The notes below the pieces were generated by a model. That model did not search any database and was not told the DNA's origin. It saw only the letters and a list, made by a program, of their open reading frames with translations. A program made the position numbers and the translations under genes. This document shows, piece after piece, positions 1 through 10,452 of a stretch of DNA of 64,000 bases (position 1 is the stretch's first letter; every line of letters starts with the position of its first letter). The DNA is from Bryobacterales bacterium (GTDB taxonomy: Bacteria; Acidobacteriota; Terriglobia; Bryobacterales; UBA6623), in the NCBI GenBank assembly GCA_965205085.1, contig OZ242039.1, positions 254,036-318,035 of the forward strand, written 5' to 3'.

Positions 1-550
1 GGAAGGAGTTCGCCGGCCACCCCCAGACCGCCACGGCGCTCCACGCCGACCCCTTCCTTGCCTGTCCCTTCCGCTCCTGCGAGCGGGACTTCAACGAACA
101 TAGCAACGTCCTGCTGCGCCAGTTCGTGCCCAAGACCGAGAACCTGCGCACGCTCCGATCCGCAACGGCTGCAGGTAGCGATTGACCGGCTCAACTCCCG
201 CCCACGCAAGGTGCCTGGCTACCGCCCCCCGTACGAGGTCTTCCGCGACGACTGGTTCGTGGCCGGCATCGACTCGCCGCCCGCAGTCCCGGACCCTTGT
301 CCTCGCTGATCGGGACCGAATCGCGGCCCCTCCCCGACGCACTTCCCCCTCTCGAGATGGCGGGCCCAGCCCGCCAGCGCACCTATGGTCCGGCCACTCT
401 ATTGGGGCCAACTCCCGCTGCCGTCCTCGCGTAGCGCCCCCGGAGTGTCGCCTTGACAGCCCCACCCCGCCTGCCGTACCCTGCCAGCAACTCAACCGCC
501 AACTGCATGGGCTTTCTTCCCAGTTGTTGCGTTTCGATGTGCGATGGGCG
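1..550 (+). mobile_element. IS30-family insertion sequence, copy A (3' part only, runs off the left window edge), degenerate
   Basis: Begins mid-transposase (KEFAGH). Shares the 3' module of copies C and D: hairpin 357-377, TTGACA 453-458 / TACCCT 477-482, and IR-like end GTTGCGTTTCGATGTGCGATGGGCG at 526-550. Confidence 0.8.
3..309 (+). pseudogene. IS30-family DDE transposase, C-terminal part, frameshifted
   Basis: Frame 3 reads KEFAGH..RSCERDFNEHSNVLLRQFVPKTENLRTL and then hits a stop. The rest (DPQRLQVAIDRLNSRPRKVPGYRPPYEVF) is in the frame of ORF 58..309, so there is at least one frameshift. Confidence 0.8.
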
Positions 551-921
551 TTTGATTATGGTACGCAATCACAGTCTGTCAGCCATTCTTCGATCTGCGA
601 ACTTCGGGTTAGGAATCCGCGCGGTGGCTACAGTTGTTACCCCCCACAATGCTGATATCGGGCAACGTCAGGCTGAGGAATCGTGACATTGTTGCGCGAT
701 GATGCACATCCATGAGCACCGGAAGGATCGCTACCACGACTGGACGGAGGTGGTGTGGGCTAGCTAATCTCCACTACGCCTGGTCTGAAGTTGGCGTGAT
801 GGTGGAACCTGATCAAGCCTGACGGCCTCTCGTGCCAGACGATGCCGTCCCCTGTCGGCATTCGTCAGGGCCTTTGCGGTTCCCAGCGCTCACTGAGTGT
901 AGCGGGCTATCCTTCGACCAA

Positions 922-1030
922 GTCTCACGAGCTGTCCGCCCGGGGGCTGGGACGCACCGAGGCGCTGAACCGCGTGTCTCTGGGCGTGCTGTGGTCTCAC
1001 GAGCTGTCCGCCCGGGGGCTGGGACGCACC
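922..1030. repeat. Two identical 37-bp direct repeats (922-958 and 994-1030) separated by 35 bp
   Basis: GTCTCACGAGCTGTCCGCCCGGGGGCTGGGACGCACC occurs twice. Each copy holds an imperfect GC-rich hairpin (GTCC-GCCC-GG-GGGC-TG-GGAC). The repeats lie just 3' of bioD. Confidence 0.85.
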
Positions 1031-1041
1031 TGCCTTTGTCG

Positions 1042-1719
1042 CTAGTCCGGAAGACTGGGCTCAATCGGCTTGCGGAGCTGACCGAAGCGTTCGGATAGCA
1101 GCTGTGACAGTGCACCGACTGTGCTCGCGTTCAACGGATCGAGTGTGCCTATCTCGGCGAGGACTTCCACCTGTCCACACCGCTCGATCGCATGGCAATT
1201 TTCAGCGTTCGGTGTTCCAACCATGACCACGCCAGTTACCGGTATCGACCGGGCTCGAAGCTCGGCGAGGGTGAGGAGCGTGTGGTTGATTGTCCCCAGG
1301 GTCGTTCTGGCTGTTACAAGCACAGGCAACTCGAGAGCGGCGATCAGGTCGGCGACCGTCTCACTCCAATTGAGCGGGACGAGCAGACCTCCTGCTCCCT
1401 CGACCACCCAGAACCGCTCCTCCGAGAAGCTCGATGCGATTGCCCACAGTTCCCGGATGGCGATGGAGGTGCCTGCCAGTTGTGCGGAAAGATGCGGTGA
1501 GAGCGGTCGCGGGAGCCGGACCCCCTCCTGGGCTACTTCCTCGGGGGAGCAGCCAGCCAAGCGACAGACCTCCGCCGTATCGTCGTCGCGTTCGATTCCC
1601 GTCTGCACGGGCTTCCAATAGCCGACTGGTCCCGAATGCCGTAGCGACGCCAGCGCGATGCCGGAGACCACAGTCTTCCCGACGCCTGTGTCTGTTCCTG
1701 TTACGAAGATGCCGTTCAC
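1042..1719 (-). CDS. bioD: Dethiobiotin synthetase
   Basis: N-terminus (V)NGIFVTGTDTGVGKT is the BioD P-loop. The GTG at 1719 overlaps the bioF stop by 1 nt. The longest ORF starts at 1752. Confidence 0.9.
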   Translation of the reverse strand: MNGIFVTGTDTGVGKTVVSGIALASLRHSGPVGYWKPVQTGIERDDDTAEVCRLAGCSPEEVAQEGVRLPRPLSPHLSAQLAGTSIAIRELWAIASSFSEERFWVVEGAGGLLVPLNWSETVADLIAALELPVLVTARTTLGTINHTLLTLAELRARSIPVTGVVMVGTPNAENCHAIERCGQVEVLAEIGTLDPLNASTVGALSQLLSERFGQLRKPIEPSLPD

Positions 1720-2885
1720 TATTGGATCCGCTTGAGGATTCCGCGCAGGCACTTGACGAAACCGTCAATCTCCCTATCGGTAAGATTCGCATGAAGGGAC
1801 ACCCGGAGACGGGCCGTTCCGGCCGGCACAGTGGGTGGACGGATAGCGCGAGCGTCGAATCCCGCATCGCGCAGCCGGTCTGCCGCAAGGACCGCCTTGT
1901 CGTTCGCTCCAAGAACGATGGGGATGATCGGCGAGTCCGCTCCCGGGAGACCCAGCGAGCCCCTGACGGACGATCCTAGTTGTCGGATCCGGCTTCGGGT
2001 GGCCGGTTCTTCGGCCAATACGGTCAGGGCCTCATCAACCGCTTCTGCGATGGCGGGCGGAGGCGCGGTCGAGAATATGAACGGTCGGGCCGTCTGGACA
2101 AGGTAGTCGATCGCCCATTCGGGGCCGCAGACAAAGGCACCGCCTACCCCGAGTGCTTTGCCCGCCGAGTTCATCGAGAGGAAGATGCCGTCCCGACATC
2201 CGCGTTCCTCGATAAGTCCGCTGCCAGATTCGCCGTAGATTCCGACTGCGTGCGCCTCGTCCACGATCAAGGCCAAATCGTACCGAGATTGCAGTGCCGT
2301 GTACTCGGTAAGCGGAGCCAGGTCACCGTCCATGCTGAAGAGCGACTCGGTCACGATGAACCTCTGACCGCTACACGGCTCCGAGGCGAGCAGTCTCGAG
2401 AGGGCCGTTGCGTCGCAGTGTGGAAAAACGACCTTTCGCGCCTTCGATAGACGGATCCCGTCGATCAGGCTTGCATGGTTCAGTTCATCGGAGAAAACCA
2501 TGTCTCCTTCGCGGGGAACGGACGAGAGCACCGCCAGATTGGCAGCCCATCCGCTACCAAGAAAAAGGGAAGCCGGGACGTTCTTGAAGCGGGCGAAGCG
2601 CCGCTCGACCGCCGCAAATGCTGATCGGTGGCCCCGCAGGAGACGGGAGCCAGTGGAACCCACCCCCAGAGATTGGGAAGCATCGGCGAAACGACATCGA
2701 ATCCTTGGATGCTGCGCGAACCCGAGGTAGTCATTCGAACACAAATCAATACCCGAGGGCTCCTCAAGTGCTCGCCTGAGGCCCTGCCGCTCCAGGGTGG
2801 TGAGCGATTCGTGGATGCGTCTCCTCAATCCGGTATTGGCGGTCACCATATCGGGCCGTGTCGGTTGTGTCGCTTTCTCGACCAT
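1719..2885 (-). CDS. bioF: 8-amino-7-oxononanoate synthase (PLP-dependent)
   Basis: 388 aa with SNDYLGF, LIVDEAHAVG and SMNSAGKALG (PLP lysine region). Sits between bioB and bioD. Confidence 0.92.
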   Translation of the reverse strand: MVEKATQPTRPDMVTANTGLRRRIHESLTTLERQGLRRALEEPSGIDLCSNDYLGFAQHPRIRCRFADASQSLGVGSTGSRLLRGHRSAFAAVERRFARFKNVPASLFLGSGWAANLAVLSSVPREGDMVFSDELNHASLIDGIRLSKARKVVFPHCDATALSRLLASEPCSGQRFIVTESLFSMDGDLAPLTEYTALQSRYDLALIVDEAHAVGIYGESGSGLIEERGCRDGIFLSMNSAGKALGVGGAFVCGPEWAIDYLVQTARPFIFSTAPPPAIAEAVDEALTVLAEEPATRSRIRQLGSSVRGSLGLPGADSPIIPIVLGANDKAVLAADRLRDAGFDARAIRPPTVPAGTARLRVSLHANLTDREIDGFVKCLRGILKRIQ

Positions 2886-2897
2886 CGGCCGAATCCG

Positions 2898-3932
2898 TCA
2901 AGGCACCGACGGGCTCGTTGTGAGGGGTTCCGAACTGAGGGTCATCCCCATCCGCGCAAGCAGCCGCTCGTCGTCGGAGGACCCCGGGTTCGGAGTCGTC
3001 AGCAGCCGGTCGCCCAGAAAGAGCGAGTTTGCTCCGGCCAGCAGGCAGAGGGCCTGCCCTTCGTCCGAGAGTTCGAGTCGGCCGGCAGACAACCGGACGA
3101 TAGATGCCGGCATGACGATTCTGGTTGTTGCGATCATCCTGGCGAAATCCAGGGGCGAAACCGGAGGTGCACTGTCGAGCGGGGTTCCTGATACCCGGAC
3201 CAGGCTGTTGATCGGCACGCTCTCCGGGTGAGGCTCCTGTCGGGCAAGTTGGAGGATCAGACCGAGGCGGTTGTCCAAGGTCTCGCCCATTCCAATGATC
3301 CCGCCACAGCAAATCGTAACGCCGCTCGCACGGACCCTCGCTAGTGTGTCGAGCCGCTCCTGGTACGTACGGGTGGTGATGATCTCGCCGTAGAATTCGG
3401 GGCTCGTGTCGAGATTATGGTTGTAGGCCGTCAGGCCGGCTTCGGCGAGTCGATCCGCCTGTTGCTGCGAGAGCATTCCCAGCGTGCAGCACGCTTCCAT
3501 TCCGAGCTCGCGCACTCCCCGCACCATCTCAACGACGCGGTCGAACTCCGGCCCATCCGGTGCTTGGCGCCATGCGGCGCCCATGCAGAAACGGGTCGCT
3601 CCGTTCTCGTGGGCCTGTCTCGCGATGGCCAGCGTCTCATCCACTCTGCGAAGGTCTTCCGCCACCAAGCCGGTGTCATACCTCGCCGATTGAGGGCAGT
3701 AGGCGCAGTCCTCCGGACAATGGCCGGTCTTGATACTGAGTAGGGCACAGCCTTGCACGGACGTTGGGTCGTGATACTGCCGATGTGCGGTCTGGGCTCG
3801 GAAGATTAGGTCCGGCAAAGGCAAGTTGTGTATAGCTCGGACTTCGCCGAGAGTCCAATCGTGACGCAACATTAGCTCCCTACTATCGTATCCGGTCGGG
3901 TGTCTTCGCCTAGCAGCCTGTTCGACATCCAC
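2898..3932 (-). CDS. bioB: Biotin synthase (radical SAM)
   Basis: [11 protein letters not shown] radical-SAM cluster motif; aligns by eye with E. coli BioB from WTLGEV. The start may be the internal ATG at 3872. Confidence 0.95.
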   Translation of the reverse strand: MDVEQAARRRHPTGYDSRELMLRHDWTLGEVRAIHNLPLPDLIFRAQTAHRQYHDPTSVQGCALLSIKTGHCPEDCAYCPQSARYDTGLVAEDLRRVDETLAIARQAHENGATRFCMGAAWRQAPDGPEFDRVVEMVRGVRELGMEACCTLGMLSQQQADRLAEAGLTAYNHNLDTSPEFYGEIITTRTYQERLDTLARVRASGVTICCGGIIGMGETLDNRLGLILQLARQEPHPESVPINSLVRVSGTPLDSAPPVSPLDFARMIATTRIVMPASIVRLSAGRLELSDEGQALCLLAGANSLFLGDRLLTTPNPGSSDDERLLARMGMTLSSEPLTTSPSVP

Positions 3933-4124
3933 GAACCATGGCCAACGACCGGCTTAGAACGTCGGGCCTTGGCGCGAACCGGTTCACAGTCAAGGTCCGC
4001 CGATCCGCGGAGCCCGGAATGGGAGTGCGATCAGTGTGGCAAGCAGCGCCTGCTTGGCAGTTGTCCGACTCTGCAATCGGACTCCCCTTCAGCGCACACG
4101 GAGCATTCCTGTCTCGCTGAAAAC

Positions 4125-4400
4125 GGCGTTGGCACTGACAAGTGCGCAACGGAAGGGCCCACGGTCTGGATCGGCCTATCGTAGGGGAGAAACCGCCATG
4201 CCTCGGACTAGCCGCGATTGGCAGGTCCAGCAACTCGCCCAACCGCGACCGAATCAGGCCGTACAAGATCGGTCTGCGAAGGAGGACCGTGTCAGAGAGG
4301 TGCTCCAGGTGCGCGGGATCCGGGCAATTCGCTGGCCGCCGGACAGGGCTTCCAACGGAACGCACACTCTAAGCCTTGAACCGCAGAATCGAACCGTGAG
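4125..4400 (+). mobile_element. Diverged IS30-like 5' end remnant
   Basis: GTTGGCACTGACAAGTGCGCAAC...GGTCTGGATCGGCCTATCGTAGGGGAGAAACCGCCATGCCT resembles the left end and start codon region of IS30 copies B, C and D. The downstream sequence is not translatable as a transposase. Confidence 0.4.
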
Positions 4401-4692
4401 GGAGGTGGTGCTCGTCGGGCCGGGACGATCTTGTTGCGGATTGGGCAGGACAGTGCATTGTGGTCCTTGGTCAGGGTAACCAGGAGGTCGCTGTCGGTAG
4501 CCATCAGAAGGACGCAGACGCCCTGTTGATACGATGGCAATAGATTGCCGGCGTCCGGCGGACCGGTGAGGCTGGCTGAAAACCGGCTGGAGACGGTCTG
4601 CGTGTCCGGCAAGGCCGATGCGGACGGTCATTCAGCCTTCTCCGCTACTCCCCCCGACCTGCCCGGAGTGCCGGTATTGCAGGTGAAGACCC

Positions 4693-6417
4693 ATGCGAGA
4701 TGGCACAAACCAAGACGAGAGGCTTCCCGACAGCCTCGATGTGCGGTTGATCGAGGTCTTGAACGAATGGTCAGACCGTCGCAACACGCATCGCTTCTGG
4801 AGCCGCGATGCGTCGTTGTGGACGTCAGGGGACGAAGCGAACTGGCTCGGCTGGCTCACGGTGGTGGACCAGCAGGCCGAGAACCTGGAATCCCTCCGGG
4901 ATTTCGCGCGGGAAGTGGAGGGCCGATTCACTCACGCACTCTTGCTTGGAATGGGAGGTTCGAGTCTCAGCCCTGAGGTGCTGAGCCTGTGCTTCGGACA
5001 GCGGTCCGGATTCCCCGGACTTCGCGTCGTCGATTCGACCGTACCTGGAGAGGTCACGGCCTGCGAGGACTCTGTTCCCTTAGAATCGACGCTCTTCCTG
5101 TCCGCTAGCAAGTCCGGGTCGACGCTCGAGACCGCATTGCTCACCGACTATTTTCTGGAACGACTGTCGGCGCGGGTTGGTGCGAGGCGCGCTGCGCAAC
5201 AGTTTGTCGCAATCACGGATCCAGGATCGAGGCTCGAGGCGAAGGCCTCGGCCGCCGGTTTCCGGCAAGTATTCCACGGTGTTCCTTCCATTGGCGGCCG
5301 CTACTCCGCGCTGTCGAGTTTCGGGCTGGTCCCGGCCGCCGCGATGGGACTGGATGTGCAGCGACTCTTGGAAGGGGCCAAGGGAATGATGGCGGCCTGT
5401 GGTCCGAATGTGCTCGCCACCGACAACCCCGGTGTCCGCCTGGGGCTGCTGTTGGGGGCGGCCGCCGAAGCAGGGAAGGACAAGCTGACCCTGATCGCAT
5501 CTCCGGAAATCGCTCCCTTGGGGGCCTGGATCGAGCAACTCATAGCCGAATCCACCGGCAAGCTGGGCAAGGGAATCGTCCCCATTGATGGCGAGGCGTT
5601 GGACGAGCCGTCTCGATACGGCCCAGATCGAGTATTCGTAATCCTCGATCTGGAGTCGGGTAGGGCGGCAGCTTCCGAATCGGTGCTGGCGGAACTGGCG
5701 GCGGCTGGCCATCCGGTCGTGCGTCTGTCGGTTCCGAGTGTCGAAGACATTGGACGGGAGTTCTTCCGTTGGGAGGTAGCCACCGCTACGGCTGGGGCGG
5801 TGCTAGGCATCAATCCTTTCGACCAGCCCGACGTCGAATCTGCCAAGATTGCGGCACGGGAATTGACAGCGGCGTACGAGGTCCACGGCTCACTGCCGCC
5901 GGACGAAGCGTTCTTCACGGATGACGGAATCGGGCTCTTCGCCGGCCAGGCATACGCCGCCAGACTGGTTGCCGATGCCGGCTCCCAAACACTTCCTGCG
6001 CTGATCCGCGCACATCTTTCCGCCATCGAAGAAGGCGATTATTTTGCGCTGTTGGCGTTTATCGCCCGGAACCGGGAGACCTCCGAGGCGTTGGCGAGGA
6101 TCCGGCAGGCCGTACGGTCCTACTCGAGAACTGCTACGTGTTTCGGCTTCGGGCCGAGATTTCTGCATTCGACGGGTCAGCTGCACAAGGGCGGGGCGGA
6201 CAATGGAGTGTTTCTCCAGATCGGGTGCGCTGATGCTTCCGATCTGGAGGTCCCCGGGACGAACCTCAAGTTGGGTGTTGTTAAGACCGCCCAGGCACTG
6301 GGAGACTATCAGGTTCTCAGCCGCCTCGGGCGGCGCGTCTTGCGCGTCCAGATCAACGAACCTCTGAACGACGGCCTGAAGCGGCTGGAAGGGGTTGTCC
6401 GCGAGGCCGTCCGGTAG
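4693..6417 (+). CDS. pgi: Glucose-6-phosphate isomerase (stand-alone form of the type fused to transaldolase in some bacteria)
   Basis: 574 aa with LLLGMGGSSLSPEV, SASKSGSTLET and FWSRDASLWT..NWLGWL, all SIS/PGI-type motifs. Confidence 0.85.
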   Translation: MRDGTNQDERLPDSLDVRLIEVLNEWSDRRNTHRFWSRDASLWTSGDEANWLGWLTVVDQQAENLESLRDFAREVEGRFTHALLLGMGGSSLSPEVLSLCFGQRSGFPGLRVVDSTVPGEVTACEDSVPLESTLFLSASKSGSTLETALLTDYFLERLSARVGARRAAQQFVAITDPGSRLEAKASAAGFRQVFHGVPSIGGRYSALSSFGLVPAAAMGLDVQRLLEGAKGMMAACGPNVLATDNPGVRLGLLLGAAAEAGKDKLTLIASPEIAPLGAWIEQLIAESTGKLGKGIVPIDGEALDEPSRYGPDRVFVILDLESGRAAASESVLAELAAAGHPVVRLSVPSVEDIGREFFRWEVATATAGAVLGINPFDQPDVESAKIAARELTAAYEVHGSLPPDEAFFTDDGIGLFAGQAYAARLVADAGSQTLPALIRAHLSAIEEGDYFALLAFIARNRETSEALARIRQAVRSYSRTATCFGFGPRFLHSTGQLHKGGADNGVFLQIGCADASDLEVPGTNLKLGVVKTAQALGDYQVLSRLGRRVLRVQINEPLNDGLKRLEGVVREAVR

Positions 6418-6842
6418 GATTCGGTGGCCCACCTACCTTTAGGCCATGTGCGAGAAGGTGATGTGCGGGTAGACCGTAACGGGCCGGTTGGCTGCTAAGC
6501 TGAAGCGGTCAGCAAGATGGTCGCTCACTGCGATGCTTCGAGTGCAGGCAAGTCGATTTGGCAAGCGTCGCGACATAGTGTCGGCAGGGTCCGATCCATG
6601 CTGGAGCGCAACTACGATTCGTGGCTATCGAGTTCGCCGGCCAGCGTGACTGGCAGTCTCGAGGGGGAGTATCCGGGTGCCGGTCATCGTCTGCTCGGTT
6701 TCAGGTATGCAGGCAGGTCGCTGACGTCTGGCGAGTCGGACGGGAATCCGCTTTCCAGCTTGGCCCGGAAACGACGCGGCTACCTCCAGAAAGCGGCGTA
6801 CCGATCCAGATCTTGCACAATTGAGGACATAGGTTCAGGTTC

Positions 6843-8096
6843 ATGAACAAGTGGATTCTCGCGAAGCTCAACGAATTCGGCGCGTCTCCTGACCTTGCGC
6901 GCGGCTTGGCGGAGTGGGTAGAGGCCCTCTTGCTGGCTGGCCTGGCTTGTGTCGCTTACATCGTCGCTCGACGGGTGCTTGTGCGCGTGGTCCATGGGAT
7001 TGCGGAACGGACTCGTTCGCACTGGGACGACAAGTTCGTAGAGCGGCATGTCTTCCGGAGGATCTGCCACGTCGTGCCGGCCCTGGTGGTCCATGTCCTG
7101 GCACCGACCGTTTTCTCGACGGAAGCGTTCGTGCTGTGGGCTCGTCGTGGAGCCGGCATCTACGCCCTAGTCACACTTCTGTCAGCGGCCATCCTTGCTC
7201 TTACGGTCGCCAACGAGATCTACGACGAGCTCAAGGTCGCCCGCAGATTCCCCATCCGAGTGTATGTTCAGGCGCTCAAGATTCTGCTCATTGCAGGGGC
7301 AGTCATTCTCATCGTCGCGATCCTGATCGGTGAATCTCCCTTGCTGCTGTTGAGCGGCCTGGGAGCGATGACCGCAGTAATCCTGCTGATCTCCAAGGAC
7401 AGTATCCAGGGTCTGCTCGCAGGTATACAGCTGGTTGCCAATGACATGATCCGTCCCGGGGACTGGATCGAAGCGCCCCAGTTCGGCGCAGATGGAGATG
7501 TGGTGGAAATCTCGCTGCAAACGGTAAAGGTTCGTAACTGGGACAACACGCTCATGATGGTGCCGGCCTATTCGCTGGTATCCCAGAGTTTCAAGAATTG
7601 GCGGGGAATGGCTGAATCGGCGGGGCGGCGGATCAAGCGCTCGATTCTTGTTGACGTCTCGAGCGTACGCTTTTGCGACCAGCAGATGATTGATCGATTC
7701 AAGCAAATCGAGAGGGTGCGTGAATACGTCGAAGCGACTTGCTCCAACATTGCCGAGCACAATCGAGATCGTCATGTTGATGAGTCGGTTGAGGTAAACG
7801 GTCGTCGCATGACCAATCTTGGTGTCTTCCGCAATTACATGGTCAGCTACCTGCGAGATCATCCGATGATCAACCGCGAGATGACCCTCATGGTGCGGCA
7901 ACTCCAGTCGACAGAACACGGTATACCTCTTGAAGTTTATGCGTTCAGCGCCGACAAGAACTGGGTTCCTTATGAGGGGATACAGTCCGACGTCTTCGAC
8001 CATCTCTTCGCGGCCATGAAGGAGTTCGACCTGCGGTCCTTCCAGCGCCCAAGCGGGTATGACACCCAGACTTTCGCACGTCTCTTGCGGAACTAG
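6843..8096 (+). CDS. Mechanosensitive ion channel family protein (MscS-like)
   Basis: 417 aa with N-terminal TM helices, then ISKDSIQGLLAGIQLVANDMIRPGDWIE...GDVVEISLQTVKVRNWDNT, which is the MscS pore helix plus beta domain. Confidence 0.85.
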   Translation: MNKWILAKLNEFGASPDLARGLAEWVEALLLAGLACVAYIVARRVLVRVVHGIAERTRSHWDDKFVERHVFRRICHVVPALVVHVLAPTVFSTEAFVLWARRGAGIYALVTLLSAAILALTVANEIYDELKVARRFPIRVYVQALKILLIAGAVILIVAILIGESPLLLLSGLGAMTAVILLISKDSIQGLLAGIQLVANDMIRPGDWIEAPQFGADGDVVEISLQTVKVRNWDNTLMMVPAYSLVSQSFKNWRGMAESAGRRIKRSILVDVSSVRFCDQQMIDRFKQIERVREYVEATCSNIAEHNRDRHVDESVEVNGRRMTNLGVFRNYMVSYLRDHPMINREMTLMVRQLQSTEHGIPLEVYAFSADKNWVPYEGIQSDVFDHLFAAMKEFDLRSFQRPSGYDTQTFARLLRN

Positions 8097-8779
8097 TCGA
8101 GCGTTCATTCGACAGTTGACTCGGCTGCCGGACCGGCTTGTGATAGCGAAATCGACCTGCCCACTGCATGGCCGACTCGTATTGAGTTCCGGAGCCGTGA
8201 GCCGCAGCCCTATCGGGACATGGGCTGCCCTCGGCTCTAGTCGCGAGTGGGGCCGGAGACTGATATAGCCGGGTATGGGCCGTAAAACGCCCAGACCGGA
8301 CTCGGCATATACGCCCTCGGGGCATGTCTCCCGCGACGGTTGTCGAACCGTACACACCAATCCCGGCCATGAGTACCGATTCGCGGAGTTCGAGCTTCGA
8401 ATGTCTAGAGTCTCAGTGTCCCACGCTCCCACTTCCCACTGAACACGACCGTTGACTGAGAACCTCCGCTACAGACTGTGGCTGCTTCGCTATCCCGGGC
8501 CGATGCTCAGGCTGCAGCTCTCCCCGGTGGCCAGCCCGGTCGCGAGGTTACTGGCAAGTGTATCAAGGAGATCAGATCGGTGGACGCTGGGAGAGACAGC
8601 ACATGCTGGCCTCGTTAGGAACCATCGTGTCCAAACTCGACTCCCGTTCGCGACCAACTGCTGTGGATGGTCGAATCACGGTTGCCCAATAGGTGCGAGA
8701 ATGGTTCTGCGAGCGCCGCCTCAGACAACGGGCCGACGAATCGCGATTCCGAAAACGATGCCAGCCATGGGGTGGAAGC

Positions 8780-9598
8780 ATGACAGCAGTTAGCCTCGTC
8801 CAGGTCCTCGAAGCGATGTCCGGGTGGGTCCGGAATGTGGCCCCCCGATTCCTGATTGCCGCCGCTTGGCTATTCGTGGGGTGGATCCTGGCTCGGATTT
8901 GCCTTCTGGTCGTCAAGAGGATTGTCGGGTCGACATTGAGACGGGTCGAGGCGCGCATCCAGATGCGAGGACCGATGAGGACAGCAGGCCTATGGCGGGT
9001 TTCTCCGAAGGTGATTGGGGAAGCGGTCTACTGGACCGTACTGCTGTGCTTTGCTGCGGTGGCCGTTCAAGAGCTGTCGCTTCCAATTGCCGCGGCATTC
9101 ATCCAAGACTTCACGTACTGGCTGCCCAAGGTTGGTCTGGCGTTAGTTCTTACGTTTGTGGGAGCCAGTCTTGGCGGCCTCGCATATCACTGGATAACTG
9201 AGATTGCGAGCATGGCCGGAGTATCGAACTCCGGCTTCCTGGGACGCACGGCTCAGGCCGGGATCATCGCCGTCACGATGATTGTCGGCATGCAGCTGGT
9301 CGGTCTTGATGAGAGTATCTTCGTATCGATCATGACGGTTGTTCTTGCGACGACCCTCGGCGGAATGGCCTTGGCATTCGGATTGGGTGCAGGTCCGGTC
9401 GTCTCCAATATCATGGCGTCATACTACGCATCGAAAGCCTTAGCCGTAGGTAACTCGGTCCGTATTGGGGGGGCTGAGGGGATCGTGCACGAGATCACTG
9501 CCACCTCGGTCGTTGTCGATGCAGGGGGCGACCGCATTCACGTACCGGCCAAGAAGTTCTGTGAGGAGGAGTGTGTGGTGTTCGGGGGTAGCCAGTGA
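8780..9598 (+). CDS. Multi-pass membrane protein with an MscS-like C-terminal beta segment
   Basis: ATG at 8780 inside ORF 8693..9598. Several TM helices, and the C-terminus GNSVRIGGAEGIVHEITATSVVVDAGGDRIHVPAKKF resembles the MscS beta domain. The stop overlaps the next gene's start (GTGA). Confidence 0.55.
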   Translation: MTAVSLVQVLEAMSGWVRNVAPRFLIAAAWLFVGWILARICLLVVKRIVGSTLRRVEARIQMRGPMRTAGLWRVSPKVIGEAVYWTVLLCFAAVAVQELSLPIAAAFIQDFTYWLPKVGLALVLTFVGASLGGLAYHWITEIASMAGVSNSGFLGRTAQAGIIAVTMIVGMQLVGLDESIFVSIMTVVLATTLGGMALAFGLGAGPVVSNIMASYYASKALAVGNSVRIGGAEGIVHEITATSVVVDAGGDRIHVPAKKFCEEECVVFGGSQ

Positions 9599-10452
9599 TC
9601 AATGGGAGGCTCAAGCTTGCGCTCGTCCATCTCCAACGCAATCCGGCTGAGGCAGCCACGATTCTCGAGCGGGCCCCGCCAGTCGCAGTCGCGCGCTTGC
9701 TGGCCGGCGTACCGGCCGCGACCATTGCGGCCCTGTTTGCTCACCTGTCACCGATCCAGGCGAGCGTCTACCTGGAGCGGCTAGACTGCGCACTGCGAGA
9801 CTTGGTTCTTGAGGCCTGCCATCCGCCACGGGCCGCTGTCGTGTTGCGCGCAGTCCCCGAACCGTCAAGGAGGTTCATCCTCGAGAGTCTTTCTGGTCCG
9901 GTGCGGGAAGGGATCGAACGCGTACTCAGGTTTCCGCCTGCGAGCGCGGGAGCCTTGGCCGACCCCGGTGTGCGTGTGCTGCACGATGACGTTCCTATAG
10001 AGCAGGCCATCAGCCGGCTTCGCATGGACCCGGTGCCAATTGCCTCCGTTCTGGTTGTGATCAGCCGACAGGGACGGGTGCTAGGCACCGTGAGCGCCGC
10101 CCAACTCCTCGGTGCCGATGGCACACAAATGATCGGCTCGCTGGAGTTGGCCAGAGCCAGGACGGTGACGCAGGGCGTGCGCCTGTCGAGCCTCATTCAG
10201 GACGGATGCCATCCCGCTGGCCCGGTGGCGGTTGTTGATCCGTCGGGTGTCCTCGTAGGGGTGCTGAACGAGGAAATCGTCTGGGGCTTGAAGAAATCCA
10301 GAAGCCCGAGACGTGTGGCAGACTTGGCCGGCACCATGGGAGAAGTGTACTGGAGTGGGATGGGCAGGCTACTTGCAGAGGTGGTCTCTGCTGCCCGCGC
10401 GACCGAGCCGAACAGAGATGCGAACCGTGTCGAACCACAATGTCGACATTGA
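9595..10452 (+). CDS. Soluble MgtE-like protein (MgtE N-domain plus CBS pair, no transmembrane domain)
   Basis: 285 aa. Its helical repeat N-domain and two CBS-like stretches parallel the cytosolic part of the downstream MgtE. It ends where MgtE would enter the membrane. Confidence 0.6.
   Translation: MINGRLKLALVHLQRNPAEAATILERAPPVAVARLLAGVPAATIAALFAHLSPIQASVYLERLDCALRDLVLEACHPPRAAVVLRAVPEPSRRFILESLSGPVREGIERVLRFPPASAGALADPGVRVLHDDVPIEQAISRLRMDPVPIASVLVVISRQGRVLGTVSAAQLLGADGTQMIGSLELARARTVTQGVRLSSLIQDGCHPAGPVAVVDPSGVLVGVLNEEIVWGLKKSRSPRRVADLAGTMGEVYWSGMGRLLAEVVSAARATEPNRDANRVEPQCRH

Noticed and set aside
922-1030. Possible CRISPR array (37-bp repeats, 35-bp spacer)
   Set aside because: Only two repeat units, no third copy in the flanks, no cas genes anywhere in the window, and the repeat lacks typical CRISPR repeat termini. 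Reported as a plain repeat instead.
6517-6846. 109-aa ORF whose stop overlaps the MscS-like start (ATGA)
   Set aside because: The overlap is suggestive, but the protein is Ser/Arg/Gly-rich with no motif, no obvious ribosome-binding site and no hydrophobic core pattern. Not enough support to call a gene.
7182-8432. 416-aa minus-strand ORF
   Set aside because: Mostly antisense to the well-supported MscS-like gene, with no recognisable domain. A high-GC antisense artefact.
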